Assembly: GCA_964016885.1 (NCBI GenBank)
Contig: OZ024741.1
Coordinates: 133,300,001-133,364,000, forward strand
Origin: Eledone cirrhosa
Taxonomy: Eukaryota
Direction of reading: 5' to 3'
Length of the DNA: 64,000 nt
The first letter of the stretch is position 1. Each line of letters starts with the position of its first letter. The position numbers and the translations under genes were made by a program. The notes beneath the pieces are model-generated. The model did not search any database. It was not told the origin of the DNA and worked only from the letters and a program-made list of their open reading frames with translations. Shown here piece by piece: positions 14,082 through 29,965 of this stretch.

Positions 14082-15485
14082 TGAGGATCGTGGGGGCAGA
14101 GTCCTCAAACACTCCTTCCAGTGGATCCTTTCAGAAGCAGCCCTCTCTAACTCTGATCCGGCTAGCTGGCTGGATCCACAAATGAAACTAGCCAAGCACC
14201 TGCATGTTATCCAACCATCTTTCCCAGGGTCTACCCCTGGGTCTCTTGCCTGTTGGTTTTGCCCGTAAAATCTGTCCGGCGATTCTTTCCTGAGACATTC
14301 TAACCAGACACAAATAGTATCGGAGCTGTGATCTCACAATTCAGAGCAGTAACAGCTCTACTTGGAGTGACTCTCTGATCTCTGAGCTACACACTCTATT
14401 GAGTAACGTTACTCCAAAGATCCTTCGGAGGAACACCATTTCGGCCGCTTGTATTCACGATCGTACTCTTTTGGTCATAACCCAAGATTCATGACCATAG
14501 GTAAGGGTTGGCACAAAAATACCAAATTGAAGACAGCATGTTTGGCTTTTATGCCTACCTCCCTTCTTCTGATTACTGAATGCTGAAGCTGGTGCATTAC
14601 TGCACCAACTCCTGCAATTAATTTAGCCTCCTGGCTTCCATCACACGTGAACACGGACCCAAGATACTTGAACTTCTCTACTTGCTTCAGTGGAACTCCA
14701 TTTAATTGTACAGACACTGTGTAGGATTCCTTGAGAGGACAAGTGTTTCAGTTTTCAGAGCACCGATTTTCATTCCAGCCATGCAGCATTCAGCATCAAA
14801 TTTATCGAGTGCAAGACAGAGCTCACCTTCTGTCAAGTTAAGCAACACCATGCTGTCTGCAAATTGATTTTACACCCGCCTGTCATGATACCACTTCCAG
14901 CCTGGCTGTGAATGTCAATCCTCTTCAAGTAAATAATGAACTGGAAAGGTACACAGTACACAGCCTTGGCAGAATCAGAATCCCACATTGAATGGTTTTC
15001 ATTTAGCGTCATTTATCCGAACACAAATGCTCAGGCATTTGTATAGAGACATCAGGGCAGCAAAGAGCTGACCATCAATCCCATATTCCTGCAGAACCTT
15101 CCACAGCATGTCCCGGGGAACACGGTCATATGCCTTTTTTAGGTCGACGAAACAAGAATATACCTCTTGGCAATATTCCCACGATTTCTCAAAGACCTGC
15201 CACAGTGTGAATATTTGGTTGGCTGTACTGCGTCCGGGGTGAAAACCTCACTGTTTATCAGTTAGCTTGAATTTGACAATCTCTTTTCCAGACATTTAGC
15301 ATAGACTTTACAGGGTAGGCTTAACGAAGAGATCCTTCTGTAATTGGAACAATCTCTCTTGTCCTCCTTTTTGAAAATTGCGATTATCACTCCCGATTGC
15401 CATTACTTAGGCACCTTTCAGAGATCCAGGCCACCCGGCACACATGAGTCATCCAGAGAATGCCTTCTCTATTTAAATCTTCCCT
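14082..15485 (-). mobile_element. RTE-clade LINE (third type), RT and 3' end, decayed
   Basis: Reverse complement gives IFKKEDKRDCSNYR, FVDLKKAYDRVPR, QVEKFKYLGSVF, GRPRGRP. A related 3' fragment lies at 48935-49285. Confidence 0.85.
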
Positions 15486-15555
15486 AGCGTATACACATAC
15501 GCACACATATACGTATGTATGTATCCATACATATATACATATATACATACATACC

Positions 15556-16012
15556 ATTGATATTAAATAAATGGAAACTATATTTATAAAACCATATTTA
15601 TTCTATTATATATATTTCAAGGGTACCAAAAATTTTGGTACGCTATCATCAGATAAAATACAAAATGTTTTATAAATATTTGACATGACCAAGGATGATA
15701 TACATTAACGGTTCAAGTTATCCCTGGAAAGGTTGGTGTTAGGGAGGGCATCCACGGATAACTTGAAGCGTTAAGGTATATCATCCTTGGTCATGTCAAA
15801 TATTTATAAAACATTTTGCATTTTATCTGATGATAGCGTACCAAAATTTTTGGTACCCTTGAAATATATATAATGAAATAAATATGGTTTTATAAATATA
15901 GTTTCCATTTATTTAATATCAATTGAATACTTACTCCAGAAATCTGTCGAGTGCTTTGAATCAGTTGTAAACATCTATATTTGTTGGATTTCCAACAAAT
16001 TAAATATCTCTT
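15556..16012 (+). mobile_element. F8 foldback cassette: 168-bp arms (15556-15723 / 15756-15923) plus ~90-nt tail; HHRs on both strands (15600-15660 -, 15820-15879 +)
   Basis: Arms are near-perfect reverse complements; ttttat-CTGATGA-tagcgtacc-aaaattttt-ggtaccctt-GAAA-tatata-TA-atgaaa. Confidence 0.9.
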
Positions 16013-16072
<60 letters not shown>

Positions 16073-16115
16073 TAAAATAACAGATTAAAGTTTATTTCAC
16101 ATCTATTATTATTAT

Positions 16116-16209
<94 letters not shown>

Positions 16210-16252
16210 TAAAATAACAGATTAAAGTTTATTTCACATCTATTATTATTAT

Positions 16253-16291
<39 letters not shown>

Positions 16292-16294
16292 CAT

Positions 16295-16512
16295 ATTTAA
16301 TCTAAATTTAATTCCAAAGAGAAGAAACCGGAACATTTTTCTATGAAAGTTCCTTATACTCTGAAGAAGAGAATTTTAGGTCTCGATATATTAGGACAAA
16401 AGAAACAACAGCAACAACAAAAAAAAAAGACTACCAGGTAACTTATTTTTTCGTTACCTACATCTTACCATCAATTTTGCACTGTTTACCTTTATATCAC
16501 TTTCCGCATTAT
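16295..16512 (+). mobile_element. TA-flanked island with decayed HHR (F9, 16359-16394)
   Basis: ct-CTGAAGA-a-gaga-attttagg-tctc-GATA-ta-TT-ag; GAAA mutated to GATA. Confidence 0.5.
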
Positions 16513-16569
16513 ATATTATATACATATATATATTCATATATATATGTATATACATATATGTATATATAT

Positions 16570-19364
16570 CATCATCATCATCATCATCATCACTGTTTTA
16601 CGTCCGTTCTTCCACGCTAGCTTGGGTTAGACGGGGGTGTCCTGTTGTGGGCAGTGTCCGGTCGGTTGGCCTTGTCTTGCTCATACGGGAACTGATTCTC
16701 CCTTGATTTCTACAGCTGGATGCCCTTCCTAACACCAACCTCATTTACAGTGAGTGCTGGGTGCTTTTTTTCCGTGGCGCTTACACGTCCACTTTACAGT
16801 GTGGGCTGGGTGCTTTTTAGCCGTGGCACCTCCACGACCACCTTGCAGTGGGAGGGTGTGGGGGCATATTGTCTATATGCTTCAGCCTCGGCTTGTAGCC
16901 ATGGGGGGGTCGGGTCTTCTGTATTACTGTGTGACGCCAGAGGTCACGGTCTTGTATCATCTCCTTTGAGAGGTGTAATTGGGTAAGGTTGGCTTTTATC
17001 ACCTCATCCCAGGTCTTCTTGGGTCTCCCCACTCCGCGGTTTCCATCGACTTCTAGTGCTCTACACCTTTTTATGCAGCTGTCATCCTTCATACGCATTA
17101 CATGTCCATACCAATGCAATTGCCTCTCCTACACACAGCATTTGATTCCTCTTATGCTCAGTCTCTTTCTCAATTCATTTATGCTTTGCCGTTCGCGTAT
17201 ATTACTATTACACATCCATCGGAGCATGCAGGCTTCGTTTTTTTCTAATCTACGCAAGTCTTTCACAGACAGCGCCCAGGTCTCACTACCATGTAACATT
17301 GCTGTTCGTATACACGCATCATACAGTCTGCCTTTCATTATGGGGGAAAAGCCTTTTGCAGCTAACAGTGGCAGTGGCTCCCTTAACTTCTTCCATCCCG
17401 TTCTTACCCTAGTTATTGTACTTTCCGAACACCCACCTCCGCTGCTAATTAGGTCACCTAGGTAGCAGAAGCTGTCTACTGTTTCTACAGAGCCCTCCCA
17501 GAGTTTGGTGGTGCTTGTTTCCTGTGGCTGTTTGCTGCTTGCTGTCCCAACACAGCTGCTACATGTGAAGCCTACATTCTTAGTTAAGCTTCCTGAAATC
17601 CTGCTACATCTCTTGTGTACCCATTGTTTGCATTTGGGGCAGAGAATGGAGTTCCTACCTACAGCTTTCCTACATACTGAGCAAGGCCATTTCCCTGAGG
17701 GCATCTGGGTTCTGTTTTCTCATCTACTTACAAGGACCTTAGTCTTTGTCAGGTTGACTTTGAGACTCTTTCTTTCTAGTCCCTGCTTCCAAGTTTGGAA
17801 TTTCTTCTCTAGTTCTACCATAGATTCAGCTATAAGTGCGAGGTCATCTGTATACAGGAGTTCCCACGGGCATCCGATCTTAAACTTCTCCGTTATTGCC
17901 TGCAGGACTATGATGAACAGGAGAGGGCTAAGAACAGAGCCCTCGTGGACACTGACCTGTACGCTAAATTCTTCGCTAATCCTAACTTTGCTGACTGCTC
18001 CCCTATACATGGCTTGTACAGCTTTCACATCCTTTGGTATGACACCTTCTAGTATTACCTGGTTAACAATACGTGTGGATATGGTGTGACCGACCGACCC
18101 AGATGCCTTCAGCATCTCGGCAGCTATACCTGATGGACCGGTTGCCTTCCCAGTCTTCATATCTTTGATTACCTTACTTACTACGCTGCTGCTGACTTGT
18201 TCTGCTGGCCCCTCTATAGGGTCTACTTGGAGTAGGGTCTCTTCTTCCCATGCATTCTCCTCATTTAGTAATCTATCATAATGGCTCTTCCATGCATCTT
18301 TCTTCTCAGCACTTGTGAGGGCAAGCTCACCTTTATCATTCCGGATACACTTCTCTCCAATGACATCACAATTCTCTCTGACACACTGCCTCGCAATCTT
18401 GAACACCTCCTGTTTCTGGTCCTCACGTTGCAAAACATGCTTGAATTTTCTATCCTCTGCTTCCCTCCTAGCTAAGTATACTTGTCGCCTAGCTTCCTTG
18501 CTGGTCTCTATGTAATGTACCCTGCTACCCCCGTTCTTCCATTCTTTCCATGCCTGTCTCTTGGCCTTAACTGTCTCATCTACCTTATTGTTCCACCACC
18601 AAGTCACTCTCCTCCTGCCTATGGTCTTACTCCAGGCACAGATCTCATCCGTCACCTTTAGTAACTTATATTTTAGGAATTCCCTGTGCTCTTCTACATT
18701 GAATGGCTCTATCTGTTCTTTTTTACTGTCATAGGCGTTGATTAAAATATCTTTAAATCTGTTACTGGCTGAGGAGTCTTTCAGCTTCCAGATTTTTCTT
18801 CTCCAGGTTGGCTTCTGTTTCCTGGTTCGTCTAGTTCTGACCGTGAGGTCGCTGACAACTAAGCTATGTTGGGAGGTACATTCCTCACTAGGGAAGGCTT
18901 TTGTGTTTACGACCGTCCATCTGTCACGTCCTCTGATGAGGATAAAATCTATCTGACTAGAATGCTCCTCTGATCTATAGGTGATCAGGTGGTTGTCGGG
19001 TTTTTTGAAGGTTGTGTTACATATCGACATGTCATTGGCGTCGCAGAATTCTAGAAGCCTGAATCCTTCTTCATTTCTTGTGCCAACCCCATGGCCTCCA
19101 TAGAAGCTGTCACGGTGTTTACCTATGTGTCCGTTAAAATCTCCTGCAACGATTAGGAAGTCATTGTCGTTTGTTAGAGCAGTAGTGTGCATTAGGGACT
19201 TGTAAAACCTTTCCTTAAGTTCGTCTGGCAACCCCCATTGGGGTGCGTAAGCTGATATTATTGTGGTAATTGTTTTATTCAGGACTAGTCTGAGTTTAAT
19301 GATTCTTGCATTCACCCTGTTCACTGAGATTACCTTATCTGCCCACTTGTCAGCTAGTAGCATA
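16570..19364 (-). mobile_element. RTE LINE family B (AP endonuclease, internally deleted RT, PHD-type finger, 3' UTR)
   Basis: SAYAPQ, AGDFNGH, QIDFIL, SQH endonuclease motifs; RT deletion at ~18030 (VIPKD|VKAVQAMY); LLYTDD; frameshift ~17715; tail ends in (gat)n. Confidence 0.93.
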
Positions 19365-21330
19365 CTATTTTGTTAGAGATGCCTACTGACTGTAGTAGGT
19401 TTTACTTTGTATTTAGGTAAGGCGGGTCTTCTCTATTACTGAGTACCGCCAAAGGTCTTGGTCCAGTGACATTGTCTTGGAGAGGTGTAAGTGTGTGAGG
19501 TCGGAATTTATCAGCTCGTCCCAGGTTTTTCTGGGTCTGCCTACTCCGTAGCTACCGCCTATCTTTATTGCCCTGCACTTTGTTATACAGCTGTCATCTC
19601 TCATGCGCATCACGTGACCATACCAACGTAGCCTTCTCTCGAGTAAACAACATCTGATCCCTCTTATTTCTAAGTTTTTCCTTAGTTCGCTTATTCTTTG
19701 CCGTTCACGTATGTTACTATTACACATCCAGCGGAGCATGCAAGCTTCGTTCCTCTCTAGTCTGCATATATCCTCTGCACACAATGCCCAGGTCTCACTG
19801 CCATGCAACATTGCTGTTCGTATGCAGGCATCATACAACCTGCCTTTCATTTTTAGGGAGAACCCTTTAGTGGCTAATAGTGGTATAAGCTCTCTGAACT
19901 TTTTCCATCCAGTTCTGACTCTAGCTACTGTACTTTCAGAGCACCCTCCCCCACTGCTGATTTTGCCACCCAGGTAACGGAAGCTGTCTACTATTTCTAT
20001 AGAACCCTCTGCGCAATTGAAAGAGCTAGTATTTTGTGGGCACTTGCTGCTACTTATTGCACCAGAGCACCGGCCACATATAAAATCTATATTCTTAGTT
20101 AGCTTACCTGTGATCCCACTACATCTTTTATGCACCCATACTTTGCATTTAGGACATAAAATGGAGTTTCTACCTACGCCTTTCCTACACACTGAGCATG
20201 GCCATTTCCCGGAAGGGACCGTCGCCTTATTTTCTTTCCTACAAACTAGAACTTTAGTCTTAGCCAGGTTAATTTTAAGCCCTTTTGATTCTAGGCCATG
20301 CTTCCATGTTTGGAATTTCTTCTCTAGCTCGGCCATTGATTCAGCTATGAGCGTTAGATCATCTGCGTATAGGAGTTCCCATGGGCAGCCGGTCTTGAAC
20401 TCCACTGTTATAGCCTGAAGGGCAATAATAAATAGTAGGGGGCTAAGAACAGAGCCCTGATGTACACCAACTTTTACACTAAACTCTTCACTATATTCGT
20501 TGTTAATTTTAACCTTGCTGACTGTTTCTTTATACATGGCTTGTATAGCTGTCACAAGCCATCCGTCAACACCTAGTTTTCTAAGAGCCCACCAGATAAT
20601 GGAACGGGGGACTCTGTCGAAGGTTTTCTCCAAGTCAACAAAAGCTAAGTATAGGGGTTTACTTTTAGCTAGGTACTTCTCCTGTAGTTGTCGTACAATG
20701 AAAAGAGCGTCTGTAGTACTTTTGCCTGACACAAAACCGAACTGCATTTCATCTAGATCAATTCTCTCTCTGATTAGTTGCGCTATAACTTTTTCCGTGA
20801 CCTTCATGACCTGGTCGATTAATTTAATGCCTCTATAGTTATTCCTATCTAGGGCATCTCCTTTACCCTTGTAACAGTTAATGATGATGCTGCTACGCCA
20901 GTCCTTCAGAACAACCCCATTCTGGATGACTTGGTTTACTATCCGGGTGACCATGGTGTGTCCCACCGTTCCAGAGGCTTTCAGCATCTCAGCAACTATT
21001 TCCGAAGGCCCAGCCGCCTTACCCATCTTCATATCTTTCATTGCCTTACTTATTATACTACCTTCGACTAACACTGCCGGTCCCTCTATTGGGTCGATGT
21101 GGGGGAGACTGTCCTTCTCCCATTTATTCTCCTCATTTAGAAGCCTTTCGTAGTGACACTTCCAAGCTACCTTCTTATCAGCGTCAGTGATGGCAAGTAC
21201 ACCATCATCATTAAGTACACACTTCTCCCCGACAATATCACGGTTTTCCTTGACACATTGCCTAGCAATCCTGAACACCTCACGTTGTAGAACATGCTTG
21301 AACTTTCTTTCCTCTGCTTCTCTTCTTGCG
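19365..21330 (-). mobile_element. RTE LINE family A, 5'-truncated, RT ORF open, 3' UTR cut off
   Basis: Real part of the ORF is 19413-21330 (the YIYI N-terminus is TA array): [35 protein letters not shown]-type finger. Confidence 0.95.
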
Positions 21331-23427
<2,097 letters not shown>

Positions 23428-23549
23428 TTATATATACATATATACATATATACATATGTGCATATTATATATATATATATATGAACAGTTTTGGATAGCG
23501 CTAGTTCGTAATTTAAATTCAAGGATTTTATATTCTTCGAATGAAAAGA

Positions 23550-23633
23550 ACCTTCTGACGAGAATCTTTCTTTGCAACGAAGGCCGTATGGTCTCCGTTT
23601 ATTTTTGAGATTTGAAACCGATTCGGTAAAGGT
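23550..23633 (+). ncRNA. type I hammerhead ribozyme motif (F11), canonical core, GUA site
   Basis: acctt-CTGACGA-gaatct...agattt-GAAA-ccgattcgg-TA-aaggt. Confidence 0.85.
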
Positions 23634-23701
23634 AACTATAGTAGGTAAAGTCAATTTAAAAAAATTTTTTTTGAAACTTTTTCATTATTTGCTAAACCTT
23701 G

Positions 23702-23759
<58 letters not shown>

Positions 23760-23811
23760 CATACGTATATATTATATGTACATATGTATATATATATACT
23801 CTTTTCCTATA

Positions 23812-23857
<46 letters not shown>

Positions 23858-23858
23858 T

Positions 23859-23980
23859 ATAGGAAAAGAGTCAGGACCCTGACGGCTGAGCTCCGGCCGT
23901 TTTGACAGCTAGATCTGAGTTCAGATCTAGCTGTTGGGACTGCCGGACCTCAGCCGTCGGGGTCCTCACTCTTTTCCTAT
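23859..23980. repeat. GC-rich ~120-bp foldback palindrome
   Basis: ataggaaaagagt...cagctagatctga-gt-tcagatctagctg...actcttttcctat. Confidence 0.9.
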
Positions 23981-24196
23981 TGCCCACTCTACTCCTCCAA
24001 ATAATAAGTAGTCTGGTGTGTCATGGTCCACCTGGTGTCTTACCACACCCTTTTTGTTTTACATCTATATATATATACTAAACCCTAAAGTGTTCTTTTC
24101 ATTTGCGAAAAACATAATGTCACTGTCGCCACTATTGGCCCTCTAATTGATGAAAATGGCATGTATATATATGTGTTTGTATATATATATATGTAT

Positions 24197-24352
24197 TTAA
24201 TATAGAAATGGCTCTACAGGACTAGAACTGCTTCATTCATGAAAACAGTTCTAGTCCTGTAGAAACCATTTTTATATTAATTATTTATACTCTGCTGTGT
24301 ATTGAGTACTTTACTTACTGTGGTTACACCCGATTGAACCTGGGATAAACTT
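24197..24352 (+). mobile_element. mini foldback cassette (arms within 24197-24280) plus ~70-nt tail
   Basis: ctacaggactagaactg / cagttctagtcctgtag; same family as 38402-38754. Confidence 0.8.
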
Positions 24353-24370
24353 ATATATATATATATATAT

Positions 24371-24757
24371 ATCAATGATATTAATAAATGGAAACTATAT
24401 TTATAAAACCATATTTATTTTATTATATATATTGCAAGGGTACCAAAATTTTGGTACACTCATATCAGATAAAATGGTGACATACCCAAGAAACCAGAAC
24501 TTATCGGTTCAGTTTGGATAGCCAAACTGAACCTGAACCCATAAGTTCTGGTTTCTTGGGTATGTCACCATTTTATCTGATAAGAGTGTACCAAAATTTT
24601 GGTACCCTTGCAATATATATAATAAAATAAATATGGTTTTATAAATATAGTTTCCATTTATTAATATCATTGATATTATACTCCAGAAAACTTGAGTGCT
24701 TTGAATCTGTTATAAATAAATTTGTTGAATAACCAACGAATTAAATATCTCTTTGCT

Positions 24758-24758
<1 letters not shown>
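24371..24758 (+). mobile_element. F8-related foldback cassette (arms 24371-24517 / 24522-24674) plus ~80-nt tail; HHR cores mutated
   Basis: Near-perfect palindrome; + arm reads CTGATAA...GCAA-tatata-TA (24570-24628), and GCAA is shared by both arms. Confidence 0.88.
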
Positions 24759-24791
<33 letters not shown>

Positions 24792-24829
24792 CACACACAT
24801 ATATATATATACATGTATATATATATATA

Positions 24830-26702
24830 GGGTCCCAACGGCCACTCTCTCTCTGTCCGGCATGCCTTCCGCTGCACCTCCTCCAACCTAGTCTACGGAC
24901 GTCGGTGCACGGAGTGCAGCGCAACTTACGTCGGACAGACTGGACGTCGCCTGGCGGACAGATTTACTGAGCACCTCCGGGATATTCGTCTCGGTGGTAG
25001 TTCCCCCATCGCCCGCCACTTTGGTGCCCCTGGACATTCCGCACACCATCTCACAGTCTGTGGCCTACTCCAGTGCCACGGAACACCCGCCAATCTCCTC
25101 AGAGTCGAACAACGAACCATCTTCATCTTACAGACCCACACTCCCCCCGGCCTGAACTCCCCACCCTTATTCCTTTAGCCTTCGACCTCCCCTCACATAT
25201 ATCCCCCACTAACACCACTAACACACCCCTCCTTTTCACCGCCCACCCCACAACTAACAATACTAACACCTCCACCCCACATCCGACCACCCTTCCCCAA
25301 CTAACATCCCTCCCTTCTTCTCCTTCCCCCCTCCTTATCACACGCACACACCCACCGGTACATATATACACGCGCTCACACTAAACACACACCCTACTAC
25401 CACCACTAACCCTCACCCCCACCACCACCCCACCACCCCGCAACTAACATCACTAACACCCCCTGATCCCAAGCACACGAACACACACACCCACTTACAC
25501 CACCCACCCTACACGCAACTAACATCACTAACACCCCCAACCCTACACACACGTACACACACACCCTCTTACACCACCCACTCTACACACCCTACCACCA
25601 CTGACCCCCACTCACACCCGCATTCAACCCTTTCTCCACCTCCTGTATACTAACACCCACTAACACCGCCTTCACCACACACACACACCAGTACACTACA
25701 CTCCCTCCATCGTCCCCCACACCCTTCTCTCCCCGCTCCACCTACACCCTTTCTCCAACACTCACTCATCCCACTAACACCTCTACTAATACACACACAC
25801 CCCCTCCTCACTCCAACTTTCACACCTACCCATCCTCTCCCCTGTCCACCGCACACACTGATACACCTTGACTTACCATTCTACCCTACTGCTGCTATGC
25901 CCTCTGACCACCTCCCCGCATAACAGACACACAACACTCCTCCTGCCTTGACCCTCTGATCACTTCCTGTTGCGCGCGCACCCCACATCTCCCCTCTTCC
26001 GACCAATCTCTTCACGGATTACACGTATGTGAACCTTAATCCCGAGAATCCACCACATCCCAGGATTTTACTAAGCATTCCACCACATCTTTTTACGGAA
26101 TTACCTTCTGACTCACCCCACACACACCCCCAAATTTTTTTTTTCCCACACGCCACCTACATCCACAACACGCATAAACACCACACACACGTGCGTACCA
26201 CCACATATTTACACATTCAGCCTCCGGAATCCTCTCCCCCCACCCCTCTATCCACACACGCACACACATTCCGACCTACACCCCACCCCACACACACCTC
26301 TTCCTGAACATGCAACCCCGTTCTTCCCCCAACCCTTGCTTTCACATACACACACACACACGTACACCTACACACACACACCACCTTCAGCCCTCCCCGC
26401 TCGGACCCCCCCCCACACGCCCCACCACCTTCCACCACCTGTTTTACCCCATTTTAATTTTATTTTGATGATGCCTTTATTTCTAATTTCATTTGCACCG
26501 TTTCCTCTCACCCCTTTTTGCTATATGTCTCTCCACCACTCCCCTACACACCCTTTGAACTCTCTTCCCACACACTTTTCACCTGAAGAAGGGCTTATGC
26601 CCGAAACGTCGTTCCCCACCACCACCCCACTCTCAAGAGCGTGAAATTAATAAACATTTGTTTGTACTGCCTCTCTGTTTTGTTCCCGTTCAATTTTTCA
26701 TT
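24830..26702 (+). mobile_element. Penelope-like element 3' part (GIY-YIG remnant, ~1.4-kb C/A-rich UTR, HHR 26581-26612), family F6
   Basis: FRCTSSNLVY..ADRFTEHLRDIRLG..PIARHF..EQRTIFILQTHTPPGLNS*; CTGAAGA-a-gggc-ttat-gccc-GAAA-cg-TC. Confidence 0.88.
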
Positions 26703-26726
26703 ATATATATATATATAGGCTTAACA

Positions 26727-27090
26727 TTAAGAAGAAAGCAAGAACGGGTGGGGGTGGGATTTTTCCTCCTCACTTGTCTACTGGGGGTCTTGGATATTTC
26801 AACACTTTAAAGACAATATATCTACCCCAGAGCATTCAAAAGTATGTAAGTTATTTGGAAAATGAAGGAGAGAGGGAAGGAAAATAGAAAGGAAAAGGGA
26901 ACAAAGCGAAGAAAAGAGAAAAACAGCGAAAAAAACAAACCTAGTTATTGAACGCTCTGGGGGTAGATATATTGTCTTTAAAGCGTTGAAATATCTGAGA
27001 CCTCAGTAGACAACTGATGAGGACCTCTGCACCCCCATTCTTGCTTTCTTCTTAACCTACATTAACTAGTAACTACACAGCTTTCCTATT
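26727..27090 (+). repeat. diverged inverted-arm cassette (26727-26839 / 26948-27055) plus short tail
   Basis: ctttaaagacaatatatctacccc / ggggtagatatattgtctttaaag and aagaagaaagcaagaa / ttcttgctttcttctt. Confidence 0.8.
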
Positions 27091-27099
27091 CTCTCTCTC

Positions 27100-27164
<65 letters not shown>

Positions 27165-27512
27165 TTAGGTTTGTTGGTTCACCACTGGGTAGAACTGGTC
27201 ATTCCGTATGGTCAACCTTGATGTAATATTATGGAGATGTAATTTTTTGAAGAAATATTCTTCGCGCTACATTCTAGCACTCCTGACCGGCTTGAATGTA
27301 ACCTGATCTCACCGCTGGGCTCTGTCTATGACAGGGTGGTAGTAGTACACTATAAGCCTACGCCCCTTCACCAGAAGGACATAAGAAGACTTAATAATCA
27401 TCACTTGAGGGTGGCTGACTGAGCTAGAAGCTGCTAAATGTTCGGCCGCCCTCATGTCTTTGCTTTTCAGCCCCATGGATTTTGTCTATTATATTCCTTT
27501 GTTATATTTCGA

Positions 27513-27570
27513 ATACCTGATGATGTCACCGGATTCATACTGAACCCGGTCACTGAAATGATCAGAGTAT
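27513..27570 (+). ncRNA. hammerhead motif (F12), cleavage-site U mutated
   Basis: atac-CTGATGA-tgtcaccgg...ccggtcact-GAAA-tgatca-GA-gtat. Confidence 0.65.
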
Positions 27571-27640
27571 AATAAACCTTTTAAGGAATTACACCAGTCC
27601 AGCCGCCTGTTATTTTATAATATATATATATATATATATA

Positions 27641-28200
27641 GTAATAATAATAAATTTGAAGACTAAAATCCAAAGAGGGCTCGATAAGATAAATATATAT
27701 CAAATATATGAGAACGGTATAGCAAATATTTATTAAAATAACAGATTAAAGTTTAAGCAAAGAATCGCTGCTTTCACCCTTAACGGGATCTTCTGAAACC
27801 TAAAAAGTCAATCTGTGAACGCAGAAGTGAATATTTCAAAAAACGATGCAACCGGAGGAAGACAGTAAAACGATACTTTGGTTCGTGGAAACGTTCCCTG
27901 GCAAAGAACGGGGAAAAAACGAATATAATACGTCATTATTTGGAGCAGTGAAAAACAATTACACGCAAAGACAAAATCACGTTTATGGTATAAAAGAAGT
28001 CGTAGACTAATATTCTATTAGGTGGTTCATAGAGACGTTCTCTGGCAATGAACGGAAAAAACGGAGATAATACGTCATATGTGGAGCGAGGATAACAATT
28101 GCACGCAATGACAAAACCACGTAAAATGTATAACTGAAGTCGTAGACTAAAATTCTAACTAGGAAACCGAATGATTCTCGGCTTCAGAGTTAAGAATAAA
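27641..28200 (-). mobile_element. F2 element, longest copy: ~140-bp tandem unit x2, CAGAAGA hammerhead-like motif (27750-27800), full ~90-nt tail
   Basis: Contains the segments seen in the shorter F2 islands; ends ...caaatttattattattac(TA)n on the minus strand. Confidence 0.8.
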
Positions 28201-28201
28201 G

Positions 28202-28303
<102 letters not shown>

Positions 28304-28371
28304 TAAATACATATATAAATGCATATATATGTCTATGTATATACATTGTATATATATAATACTTATATACA

Positions 28372-29962
<1,591 letters not shown>

Positions 29963-29965
29963 TAT

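Noticed and set aside
27010-27040. CTGATGA as a hammerhead core
   Set aside because: No correctly placed GAAA or stems, and the mirrored arm reads gtgagga.
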